A DNA stretch of 64,000 bases, taken from a virus (taxonomy: Duplodnaviria > Caudoviricetes). The notes below the pieces were generated by a model, which saw nothing but the letters and a program-made list of their open reading frames with translations, was not told where the DNA came from and ran no database searches. A program made the position numbers and the translations under genes. This document shows, in pieces, positions 16,913 through 26,255 of this stretch. Each line of letters starts with the position of its first letter. The first letter of the stretch is position 1. The DNA is taken from positions 32,001 to 96,000 of IMG/VR virus record IMGVR_UViG_3300030330_006022; one strand, written 5' to 3'.

Positions 16913-18157
16913 TTGTCAAAAATAAAAATATTAACACTTTCCGACCACCCTCTATCACCTTCCGGCGTTGGAACTCAAACGAAGTATTTCTGTGAGTCCC
17001 TACTTAAGACCGGAAGGTATTCTATTGTATCATTGGGTGGCGCAATAAAACATCAAAACTACAATCCAATACAAGTAGATCCATATGGAGAAGATTGGAA
17101 AATAGTTCCTGTTGATGGTTACGGAACACAAGAAATGATACGATCAGTAATCAAAACCGAAGGTATTGATTTGCTTTGGTTTATGACCGACCCCCGATTC
17201 TGGGGCTGGCTATGGGAGATAGAAAATGAAATTAGACCGCTTTGTCCAATGGTTTATCATCATGTTTGGGACAATTTTCCTGCACCTTACTTTAATAGGG
17301 ATTTTTACTTATCTAACGATCACATTGTCACTATTTCTAAAGTTACTCATGAAATTGTTAAACAAGTAGCACCAGAGATTTCATCAACATATTTACCACA
17401 CTCAGTGAATCCAGATATATTTAAACCTTTAGCTGATAAGCAAATTGAAGAAATAAGAACATCTTCTCTTCAAGAAGAAGATCGGTCTAAAGTTATTTTC
17501 TTTTGGAACAACAGAAATGCTAGAAGAAAACAATCGGGAACTCTTGTTTGGTGGTTTAAGGAATGGCTAGATAAAGAAAATCTTCATGATAAAGCCCAGC
17601 TAATTATGCATACAGAACCTAAAGATCCTCACGGACAAGACTTAGAGCACATAATTAGCCACCTAGGTCTACATAACAGACAAGTAATGTTATCAACTAA
17701 AAAAATAGCTCCTGAACATTTGGGTCATCTATATAATATGGTAGATTGCACTATAAACATTTCAGATGCTGAAGGTTTTGGATTAGCCACACTAGAGTCG
17801 CTTTCTTGTGGAACTCCAATTATAGCCACAATGACCGGTGGTCTTCAAGAACAGGTCACGGATGGAAATGAAGAATTTGGTGTTGGATTATTTCCAAGAG
17901 CTAAAGCCATTATTGGTTCTCAACAAGTTCCTTATATTTATGAAGATAGGGTTGATAAAGCACAATTTCACTCCGCTTTATCAAAAATCTACAAAATGGG
18001 CAAAGAAGAAAGACAAAGACTTGGATCTTTAGGTAGACAACATGTTGAGAAAAATTATAATTTCAACAAATTACAACACAAGTGGGTAGGAATAATAGAC
18101 AAAATTATTGAAGAAAGAGGTTCATATAATGGAATTAGATTTAAGGAGGTTGCGTAA
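16913..18157 (+). CDS. Glycosyltransferase, GT-B/GT4-like
   Basis: NRNARRK, AEGFGLATLE (EX7E); TTG start with GAGGTG SD. Confidence 0.85.
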   Translation: MSKIKILTLSDHPLSPSGVGTQTKYFCESLLKTGRYSIVSLGGAIKHQNYNPIQVDPYGEDWKIVPVDGYGTQEMIRSVIKTEGIDLLWFMTDPRFWGWLWEIENEIRPLCPMVYHHVWDNFPAPYFNRDFYLSNDHIVTISKVTHEIVKQVAPEISSTYLPHSVNPDIFKPLADKQIEEIRTSSLQEEDRSKVIFFWNNRNARRKQSGTLVWWFKEWLDKENLHDKAQLIMHTEPKDPHGQDLEHIISHLGLHNRQVMLSTKKIAPEHLGHLYNMVDCTINISDAEGFGLATLESLSCGTPIIATMTGGLQEQVTDGNEEFGVGLFPRAKAIIGSQQVPYIYEDRVDKAQFHSALSKIYKMGKEERQRLGSLGRQHVEKNYNFNKLQHKWVGIIDKIIEERGSYNGIRFKEVA

Positions 18158-19401
18158 TGAAAAAAAAGATATATGTTAGAGGTCCCGTGTTATCACAATC
18201 AGGATATGGTGAACAGTCACGTTTTGCCCTGAGAGCCTTAAAGAGTAGAGAAGATCTATTTGATATTTATATTCAACCAATACCATGGGGTAAGACTGGC
18301 TGGATCTGGGAAGATACAGAGTTTCGAAGATGGATGGATCAAAGAATAACGCAAACCCAAGTCTTGTTACAACAAAAGCAATTGAGTCCTGATATAAGTT
18401 TGCAAATTACAATACCAAACGAATTTGAGAAAATAGCTCCAATCAACATAGGCTATACAGCTGGTATAGAAACTAACAAGTGCTCCCCTCAATGGCTACC
18501 TAAGTGTAATGATATGGATAAAGTACTGGTTGTTTCAGAACACGCAAAATCCTCTATAGTGAATACAGTAGCAACAGCTACCAATAATAATACTGGAGAA
18601 TCTTTTGATTATAAATGTGAAACTCCTGTAGAAGTTGTATGGGAAAATACAGTAAGATCAGAACCAGAAGAAATACCAGGCTTTGATCTAGAATTTGATA
18701 AAAACTTTTTAGTAGTTTCGCAACTTGGCCCTAGAAAGAATTTTGAAAATACTGTATGTTGGTTTGTTGAAGAATTTATTGATCAAGAAGTTGGATTGGT
18801 TGTAAAGACTAATTTTAAAGGAAACTCAATTGGAGATTTTACACAAGTAGAAAAACACCTTAAGTCTCTTCTTGGACGATATCAAAATCGTAAGTGTAAA
18901 GTTTATCTACTTCATGGGGATCTTAATCCTGGTCAAATGACCTCTTTGTATTCTAATTCTAAAATCACAGCTTTAGTAAATATTTCTCATGGCGAAGGTT
19001 TTGGCTTACCTATATATGAAGCAGCAAGAGAAAGTCTACCTATAATTACATGTGGCTGGTCTGGTCAACTAGATATCCTACATCATGGAGAGAAAGGGTA
19101 TTTTAAATCTGTTGATTATACATTAAGACCAGTACAACAACAAGCAAGGTGGAATGGTGTGATTGAAGAAGATGCTATGTGGGCTTTTGCCGATCAAGGA
19201 TCTTACAAAATGGCACTAAGGTATGTAGCAAAAAATAAAAGTGAATTGAAAGAACAATCAGCTAAATTAAAAGATTTAGTGTTGGAAAAATTTTCTGATG
19301 AAAAGTTGTTTGATTTATTCTGTAAATCAATAGTTGAAGAAGAAATGGATATTGACTCTTGGCTAGAAGAATTAGAATCAGGTATGGTAGAAAGTGAATA
19401 A
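18157..19401 (+). CDS. Glycosyltransferase, GT-B/GT4-like
   Basis: SGYG, PRKN, GEGFGLPIYE. Confidence 0.85.
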   Translation: MKKKIYVRGPVLSQSGYGEQSRFALRALKSREDLFDIYIQPIPWGKTGWIWEDTEFRRWMDQRITQTQVLLQQKQLSPDISLQITIPNEFEKIAPINIGYTAGIETNKCSPQWLPKCNDMDKVLVVSEHAKSSIVNTVATATNNNTGESFDYKCETPVEVVWENTVRSEPEEIPGFDLEFDKNFLVVSQLGPRKNFENTVCWFVEEFIDQEVGLVVKTNFKGNSIGDFTQVEKHLKSLLGRYQNRKCKVYLLHGDLNPGQMTSLYSNSKITALVNISHGEGFGLPIYEAARESLPIITCGWSGQLDILHHGEKGYFKSVDYTLRPVQQQARWNGVIEEDAMWAFADQGSYKMALRYVAKNKSELKEQSAKLKDLVLEKFSDEKLFDLFCKSIVEEEMDIDSWLEELESGMVESE

Positions 19402-20233
19402 AATATATTATTTTTCTGATTTGTTAGTAGAAGATCTGGTTGGCGGTGGTGAACTAAATGACTATGAACTTTGCAGTATGCTTTTAAAAAAAGGATACAA
19501 ACTAACAAGATTAAGAACAAAAGAGATTAAACAAGAACACTTGGACAAAAAATATATTTACATTGTTTCTAATTTTGTAGGCTTAAGACCGGAGTACAAA
19601 GAATACTTAATTAAAAACTGTAAATATATAATTTATGAACACGATCACAAATATCTTGCTTCAAGAAATCCAGCAATATATGAAAATTATCAAGCTCCAG
19701 AAAACAAAATAATCAACAAAAGTTTTTACGAAAACGCACAAATGGTTTTTTGTCAAAGTTCTTTTCATAAAAGCATAATCCAGAAAAATCTACAAATAGA
19801 AAATGTTTATAATGTATCTGGAAACTTATGGTCTATTGATAGTTTAGAAACAATGAGACTTCTGAGTAAAAGGGACAAAAATGATTGTTTCTCTATTTTG
19901 AATTCTATGATAGAACATAAAAACACTAGAGAAGCTGCTTTTTATTGTGATAAAAAAAACTTTAAATATACATTAATATCATCTAGAAATTATCAAGAGT
20001 TTCTTAATATGCTTTCTAGTAATAGTAAGTTTCTTTTTCTTCCTAAAACACCTGAAACTTTATCTAGAGTTGTGGTTGAAGCAATGATGATGAATGTAAA
20101 AGTTGTTACAAATAAAAAAGTAGGCGCATCGTATGAGCCTTGGTTTAATAGAAAAGGAGAAGATTTGATAGACTTTATGTTAAACAAAAGAGAGCATATA
20201 CTTAATAAAGTTTTAGAGGTGTTAGGTGAATAG
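19394..20233 (+). CDS. Putative glycosyltransferase (GT-B)
   Basis: GGGE start motif, PETLSRVVVEA (EX7E). Confidence 0.6.
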   Translation: MNKIYYFSDLLVEDLVGGGELNDYELCSMLLKKGYKLTRLRTKEIKQEHLDKKYIYIVSNFVGLRPEYKEYLIKNCKYIIYEHDHKYLASRNPAIYENYQAPENKIINKSFYENAQMVFCQSSFHKSIIQKNLQIENVYNVSGNLWSIDSLETMRLLSKRDKNDCFSILNSMIEHKNTREAAFYCDKKNFKYTLISSRNYQEFLNMLSSNSKFLFLPKTPETLSRVVVEAMMMNVKVVTNKKVGASYEPWFNRKGEDLIDFMLNKREHILNKVLEVLGE

Positions 20234-20972
20234 TCATTTTAAAATAATAGTTCCACTCTACAATGTTCAAGAGTGGATTAAGCTTTGTCTAAGATCTATT
20301 AAAGGTCAAACATATCGTAATTTTGAATGCATAATTATTGATGATATATCAACTGACAACAGTGTAGAAATAATAAAACAAGAGATTGGCAATGATGATA
20401 GATTTAAATTAATTGTAAATACAGAAAAAAAATATGCTTTAAAAAACATACATGATGCGTTAATCGATTGTAACCCTAATGATGAAGATGTTATAGTAAC
20501 AGTAGATGGAGATGATTGGCTAGCGAATAAAGATGTTTTAAAAACATTAAATGAAGTGTATTCTTCTAATAATTGTTGGATGACTTATGGTAGCTATGCC
20601 GAATACCCTTCTAAAACAAGAGGTAAATTTGCTAAACAAATACCACAACAAGTCATAGATAAAAACTTATTTAGAAAACACGAATGGTGCTCTTCTCATT
20701 TAAGAACTTTTAAACACCACTTATGGAAATCTATTAACAAAGAGGATTTAATAAATCCAGAAACAGGCAAGTTTATTAAAGCTGCATGGGACTTGGCTTT
20801 TATGTTTCCAATGTTGGAAATGTGTGGTAATAAATCTTTTTTCATCGATAAGGTACTGTACATTTATAATAGAGGCAATCCTCTAAACGAAGACAAAGTA
20901 AACCACAGCGTTCAATTAAACGAAGAAAGAATTGTCCGCAATAAAGAAGTATATAATAGGATAGAGAATTGA
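20226..20972 (+). CDS. Glycosyltransferase family 2
   Basis: IIVPLYN, IIDDISTD, VDGDD. Confidence 0.9.
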   Translation: MNSHFKIIVPLYNVQEWIKLCLRSIKGQTYRNFECIIIDDISTDNSVEIIKQEIGNDDRFKLIVNTEKKYALKNIHDALIDCNPNDEDVIVTVDGDDWLANKDVLKTLNEVYSSNNCWMTYGSYAEYPSKTRGKFAKQIPQQVIDKNLFRKHEWCSSHLRTFKHHLWKSINKEDLINPETGKFIKAAWDLAFMFPMLEMCGNKSFFIDKVLYIYNRGNPLNEDKVNHSVQLNEERIVRNKEVYNRIEN

Positions 20973-21805
20973 AAAAAGTAAGTTTAAACATGATCAAAGG
21001 ACCCTTTCAGCACGATATATGTTCTTCTGCTTTAAATACAAACAAGTATGTAGATTGGAAAAAGGATAATTCTGCTGATATATCTTGCCACATTGATTAC
21101 GGATTGCTGGACAAGATAGATAGTACAAAAGAAAATTATGGTTGGGTATGTGAAAGCAGCGCCATAGTTCCATCTGTCATCAAAGAAGTTGTAAAAAACA
21201 AAGAGTCTTACAAAAAAAAATTTAAATACATTTTTACTTGTGATAGTAGAATTGTAAACTTGGATAAAGATTTTTTTAAATTTACTATGCCATCAGCTTT
21301 GCCTTGGATACAAAATAAAAAGATATACAAAAAAACTAAATTAGTTTCTTTTATTGGTTCTAACAAAAAGATGTGTAAAGGCCACCTTTACAGACAAGAG
21401 ATGATAGAAAAATACAAGGATAAAGTAGATCATTATGGTAGAGGTTTTAAAAACAAGGAGCTTCCATGGATGATAGAAAAAGAAAGTGGAAAAATATTAG
21501 GTCTAAAAGAATATATGTTTTCTTTTGCAATGGAAAACACAAACCATGAATACGCATTTTGCGAAAAAACAACTGATTGTTTTGCCACTGGAACCATTCC
21601 AATATATTGGGGTGGAAAAGGAATTAAAGAATTTTTTGATCCTAAAGGCATTATATTTATAGAGGATTTAAACTCTATAGATGAGTTAAATGAGGAATTA
21701 TATAATTCAAAAATTGAATATATTGAGTCTAATTTTAAAAAACTAAACAGCCTATTAACATCAGAAGACTATTTTGTGAAAAACTACATAAGAGGTGAAG
21801 CTTGA
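20969..21805 (+). CDS. GT10-like (alpha-1,3-fucosyltransferase-type) glycosyltransferase
   Basis: YMFSFAMEN..CEK..DCF..GTIPIYWG. Confidence 0.8.
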   Translation: MKKVSLNMIKGPFQHDICSSALNTNKYVDWKKDNSADISCHIDYGLLDKIDSTKENYGWVCESSAIVPSVIKEVVKNKESYKKKFKYIFTCDSRIVNLDKDFFKFTMPSALPWIQNKKIYKKTKLVSFIGSNKKMCKGHLYRQEMIEKYKDKVDHYGRGFKNKELPWMIEKESGKILGLKEYMFSFAMENTNHEYAFCEKTTDCFATGTIPIYWGGKGIKEFFDPKGIIFIEDLNSIDELNEELYNSKIEYIESNFKKLNSLLTSEDYFVKNYIRGEA

Positions 21806-22668
21806 TAACTTGTAAATTTGCTGGTGGCTTGGGAAACAATTTGTTTCAGTTTGCTAATGTTTTTGCATTACATAGAAGACATAATGTTCCCTACTGTATT
21901 CAAAGAGATTTTCAAAGATTAACTTTTGATGGAAAGTTGTTAAAAGACGAACTTAGATTTAAACAAGCTCATGTCTTGGAATTTCAAGAATTATTTGAAA
22001 ATAAGCTTCCTTATATTGAAGAGTTAGCTGTGAACACTAAAAATATGAGCAACTATTATCATCATGATTTGGATGGAAGTAGTAATTTTTTGTTTTCGGA
22101 AGTTAAATTTAAAGATAATACAATGTATTATGGATACTATCAATCTGATAAATATTTTATGGATTCAAATTTGAAAGAAGAGCTGGTTGTCAATCGTGAC
22201 ATCACTGATATTATAAAGGATAGATACGCTGAACTTTTCAACAAACCAACAATTTCATTACAATATAGACTTGGTGGAGATAGAAAGTTAAACAAGATTC
22301 AAAAGTTTCACAAAAACTTAAACCCAAGTTATTACACTAAAGCAGTTGAAGAAATATCAAGCATAACTGGTAAAAAAATTAGTGATTTCAATATTCTAGT
22401 TTTTTCTGATGATCTGGAACTAGCTAAAAAAGCTCTGTCATATACTACTTTAGATTGTGTTTATGTCGAAAACAAAAACAATATAGAAGATTTTATACAC
22501 ATGTCTATATGTGATCATAATATAATAGGAAACTCAACTTTTGCTTGGTGGGCTGCCTACATGAATAAAAACAGCGGATTAGTTATTGCTCCAAAAGATT
22601 TTTTTGGAAAAAATTATAGTAATTTTTTATTAGATGATTTCTATCCCACTGAATGGATAATTTTATAA
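21802..22668 (+). CDS. GT11-like (alpha-1,2-fucosyltransferase-type) glycosyltransferase
   Basis: GGLGNNLFQ, GYYQS, FSDD, CDHNIIGNSTFAWWAAY. Confidence 0.85.
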   Translation: MITCKFAGGLGNNLFQFANVFALHRRHNVPYCIQRDFQRLTFDGKLLKDELRFKQAHVLEFQELFENKLPYIEELAVNTKNMSNYYHHDLDGSSNFLFSEVKFKDNTMYYGYYQSDKYFMDSNLKEELVVNRDITDIIKDRYAELFNKPTISLQYRLGGDRKLNKIQKFHKNLNPSYYTKAVEEISSITGKKISDFNILVFSDDLELAKKALSYTTLDCVYVENKNNIEDFIHMSICDHNIIGNSTFAWWAAYMNKNSGLVIAPKDFFGKNYSNFLLDDFYPTEWIIL

Positions 22669-22678
22669 GGAGAAATAG

Positions 22679-23605
22679 TTGAAAATTATTGGATTAGGAA
22701 AATATGTACCAGAAAGAATCTTGCCAAATGAAGAAATACAGAAAACTGTCAATACAACTTCAGAGTGGATTAAAAGCAAGCTTGGTATAAGTGAGAGAAG
22801 GATTAGCAATAGCGATGAAAAAACTTCCGATCTTGCCTTTAAAGCTAGTTTAAAAGCTTTAAAATCTTGTAATAACTCTATTGATGATATTGATTTGATT
22901 ATTGTTGCAACTTCAACACCAGATAGAAAAAGCCCATCAACTGCTTGTATATTACAAGAAAAATTTGATTGTAAAAATATACCGGCTTTTGATATAAATG
23001 CTGTTTGTTCGGGTTTTATATATGGACTTGATTTGTGTAATTCTTTATTAAACGAAAACAAATACAATAAAATTTTGCTAGTAGGAGCAGAACAGTACTC
23101 TACTATTACAAATTGGGAAAGCAGAGATTGTGTTTTCTTTGGAGATGGTGCTGGTGCTGTTGTGCTAGAAAAAGACGAAACCAGTTTTTTCAAATCAATT
23201 ATAAAAGCTGATGGCAAAGGAAAAGAAAACTTTACAGTTCCTTCTGGAGAAAAGTATTTTAAAATGAACGGAAAAGAAGTGTTTAAGCATGCTACAAATG
23301 TTCTTCCAAGTTCTATAAAACAATTGCTACACGAGAACAATCTAAAATCAAGCGATATTGCCTTGTGTGTTCCTCACCAGCCTAGTATAAGGATTCTTGA
23401 ATTAACAGCTAAAAAAATAGGCTTATCGTTTGATAAAATAGCAAGAACAATGCATAAGTATGCTAATACTGCTGGTGCTTCTATTCCTGTTACTTTGTGT
23501 GATGCTTTTGAACAAGGAAGATTAAAGAAAGGTGATTTAATTTTATTTACAGCCGTAGGTTCTGGATGGACTTGGGGTTCTGCAATTATAAGGTGGGCGA
23601 TATGA
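22679..23605 (+). CDS. fabH: 3-oxoacyl-ACP synthase III (FabH)
   Basis: Catalytic Cys (AVCSGF), His (PHQ), Asn (ANTAGAS); FGDGAGA; GSGWTWG. Confidence 0.92.
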   Translation: MKIIGLGKYVPERILPNEEIQKTVNTTSEWIKSKLGISERRISNSDEKTSDLAFKASLKALKSCNNSIDDIDLIIVATSTPDRKSPSTACILQEKFDCKNIPAFDINAVCSGFIYGLDLCNSLLNENKYNKILLVGAEQYSTITNWESRDCVFFGDGAGAVVLEKDETSFFKSIIKADGKGKENFTVPSGEKYFKMNGKEVFKHATNVLPSSIKQLLHENNLKSSDIALCVPHQPSIRILELTAKKIGLSFDKIARTMHKYANTAGASIPVTLCDAFEQGRLKKGDLILFTAVGSGWTWGSAIIRWAI

Positions 23606-24252
23606 AAAAAATGTTAATTATTGGTGGATCTGGTGGTATTGGAAAAGAAATGACAAAACTGTTTTCAGATAAATATGAAGTTTTATCATGTAGTTCTAAA
23701 ACTTTTGATATAACTAACTTGCCCTTTCTAGATAGGTTTTTTAGTCTTAATACATATGATATTATTCTAAATGCTTCTGGTTACAATTATGATTCTTTTG
23801 TTCATAAATATAGTATAAAAAATATACATGAGGTTGACAAAATGATTGATATCAATGTAAAAGGTAATTTAAACCTACTTTCAGCTTGCCTCCCTGGTAT
23901 GAGAAAACAAGGAAATGGTAGAATAATATTTTTATCTTCTGTTTTGTCAACGATGCCTGTAGCAGGAACATCAGTATATTCCGCATCCAAAGCTTTTATA
24001 GATAATTTAGTCAAAACTGTAACTTTAGAAAACTTATCTAAAGGCATAACTTGTAATTCTATACAATTAGGATATTTTGATGCTGGAATGGCACATAGAA
24101 TTCCTGAAAAAATTATCAATAATATAGTAGATGGTATTCCATTAAAAAGATTGGGAAAAATGGAAGAACTTTACAACACAATAGAGTATCTTATAAACAC
24201 AGAGTATGTTTCTGGTACTTCAATAAAAATAAATGGAGGCATTGATTTATGA
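23602..24252 (+). CDS. FabG-like short-chain dehydrogenase/reductase
   Basis: GGSGGIG, NASG, YSASK, IPLKRLG; ATGA overlap with fabH. Confidence 0.85.
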   Translation: MKKMLIIGGSGGIGKEMTKLFSDKYEVLSCSSKTFDITNLPFLDRFFSLNTYDIILNASGYNYDSFVHKYSIKNIHEVDKMIDINVKGNLNLLSACLPGMRKQGNGRIIFLSSVLSTMPVAGTSVYSASKAFIDNLVKTVTLENLSKGITCNSIQLGYFDAGMAHRIPEKIINNIVDGIPLKRLGKMEELYNTIEYLINTEYVSGTSIKINGGIDL

Positions 24253-24770
24253 AACATGGAATAGACTTTTATATAAATGATGATGTTGTAATCAAAAGAA
24301 ATGAAACAGCAATATTTGGCAACCATGTTGCCATCGACAAAGGCTTTTACTGTACTACTCAAATAAATGTAGGTGATTATGTTCACATTTCTCCTTACTG
24401 TACTGTAATAGGTGGAAAAGATGGCATGTTTATAATGGAAGACTTCACAGGTCTTTCAGCTGGATGTAGAGTAGTTTGTTGTGGAGATGATTACATCTCA
24501 GGACACTTGATGAACCCAACTGTGCCAATAAAATATAGAAAAGTAAAAAATGATAAAGTTGTTTTAAAAAGATTCAGTTGTTTAGGGACAAATTGTGTTG
24601 TATTACCAGGTGTGGTAATTGCAGAAGGTTCAGTTATAGGAGCTAATTCTTTGGTAAATAAATCAACAGAACCTTGGACTGTTTATGTTGGTAGTCCGGC
24701 AAAACCAATAAAAAAAAGATCTAAAGAGTTATCTTATAAATTTGCTAAGGAGCTTGGGTATGAATTATAA
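24249..24770 (+). CDS. Hexapeptide-repeat (left-handed beta-helix) acyltransferase
   Basis: LGTNCVVLPGVVIAEGSVIGANSLV..YVGSPAKPIK. Confidence 0.9.
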   Translation: MKHGIDFYINDDVVIKRNETAIFGNHVAIDKGFYCTTQINVGDYVHISPYCTVIGGKDGMFIMEDFTGLSAGCRVVCCGDDYISGHLMNPTVPIKYRKVKNDKVVLKRFSCLGTNCVVLPGVVIAEGSVIGANSLVNKSTEPWTVYVGSPAKPIKKRSKELSYKFAKELGYEL

Positions 24771-25659
24771 CGCAAAAGATGATTATGTTAATAAAGACTC
24801 TATGTCTATGCCATGGGTTGAATCACCTTTTTTTGAATCTATTTTACAAAACTTAGATGTATCTGAAGAATTAAAAAGTATGGCTAGAAAATACAACAAA
24901 GACGGTTATGTGATTTTAGATTTAAACTTAGATGATGACATAATATTTAAAATCAATGAAGATGTAAAACAAATCATAAAATCTAAAAATTTTGTGGGAC
25001 AAGAGAAATATGAATATACAGATCACAGAAGGCTTTTCCAAGCTTGGAAAAAAAGTAAAAATGTAAGAAGTTTAACAAAAAACGAGAAGATACTAAGTGC
25101 CTTAAGATTTCTTTATAATAGAGAACCTTTTGCTTTTTCAACAATTAATTTTACTAATCCAACTTCACAACCTCTACACAGCGATACGATACATTTCAAC
25201 TCCTATCCAAAAGGATGGATGGTTGGTGTTTGGGTTGCTTTTGAAGACTGTGACGTGTCAAATGGAGCTTTGAGAGTTGTTAAAGGTAGTCATAAATGGA
25301 AAGAGTACGATTATAACTGTATAAATATAATCCACCCAGATAACAGAGATGATGGAGAAAAAAAATCATACAGAGATTATGATCAATTTGTCAGAAGATT
25401 AGTTGTGTCAAAGAACGCAAAAGAAGATTCTGTTGTAATGAAAAAAGGACAAGCAATTATTTGGTCTGCTAATTTACTTCATGGCGGTACACCAGTTGAA
25501 AATGATAAGGTTACAAGAAGATCCCAAGCCATTCATTACTTTTTTCATGGATGTAAAAAATATTACACACCAATGTTTTCAGAACCAATGTTAGGCAAGT
25601 ACGCTGAAAAATGGTGTAATGAGAAAGAAAATGTATTCACATATAAGGAGAAAAAATAA
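24760..25659 (+). CDS. PhyH-family 2OG-Fe(II) dioxygenase
   Basis: LHSD (HxD), VWVAFED, NGAL..GSH, LLHGG, RRS; AAGGAG SD. Confidence 0.85.
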   Translation: MNYNAKDDYVNKDSMSMPWVESPFFESILQNLDVSEELKSMARKYNKDGYVILDLNLDDDIIFKINEDVKQIIKSKNFVGQEKYEYTDHRRLFQAWKKSKNVRSLTKNEKILSALRFLYNREPFAFSTINFTNPTSQPLHSDTIHFNSYPKGWMVGVWVAFEDCDVSNGALRVVKGSHKWKEYDYNCINIIHPDNRDDGEKKSYRDYDQFVRRLVVSKNAKEDSVVMKKGQAIIWSANLLHGGTPVENDKVTRRSQAIHYFFHGCKKYYTPMFSEPMLGKYAEKWCNEKENVFTYKEKK

Positions 25660-26255
25660 TGTCTTTTCAAGTAATTGCTGATTTTGAGAAAGAAATAGCT
25701 AATTTCTTCGGAGCTCCATATGCAGTAGCAGTGGATTGCTGCACACACGGAATTGAGCTTTGCTTAAGAATGAAGCAAGTTAAAAAAATAAAAGTCCCAA
25801 AGAGAACTTACTTATCTGTTCCAATGTTAGCTAACAAACTTAATATTGATCTGGAGTGGACCAATCAGGTGTGGCAAGATTATTATCATCTAACTGATGA
25901 CATAATTGATGCTGCTGTTTTATGGAGAAAGAACAGTTATATTGCTGGTACATATATGAGTGTGAGTTTCCAATTTAGAAAACACTTAAGTCTTGGTAGA
26001 GGTGGTATAATATTGTTTGATAAAGAAGAAGATTTCGACACATTGAAAAGAATGTCTTATGATGGAAGACACCCAGACCAACGATGGCACTTGCAGAATA
26101 TAAAAACTATGGGATATCATTACTACATGACTCCTGAAACAGCTGAACTTGGTTTACAAAAGCTTCCTGAAGCAATTGAAAGAAAACCAAAACAATGGGT
26201 TTATACAGATTGGCCCGATCTAACTACAATGGATTTTTTTAAGGAGAACAAATGA
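25659..26255 (+). CDS. DegT/DnrJ-like PLP sugar aminotransferase, short form
   Basis: FE..A..FG..AVAVDCCT, IIDAA, SFQFRKHL..GRGG. Confidence 0.8.
   Translation: MSFQVIADFEKEIANFFGAPYAVAVDCCTHGIELCLRMKQVKKIKVPKRTYLSVPMLANKLNIDLEWTNQVWQDYYHLTDDIIDAAVLWRKNSYIAGTYMSVSFQFRKHLSLGRGGIILFDKEEDFDTLKRMSYDGRHPDQRWHLQNIKTMGYHYYMTPETAELGLQKLPEAIERKPKQWVYTDWPDLTTMDFFKENK

Noticed and set aside
22663-23340. 225-aa antisense ORF
   Set aside because: Shadow of fabH with no SD, promoter or motifs
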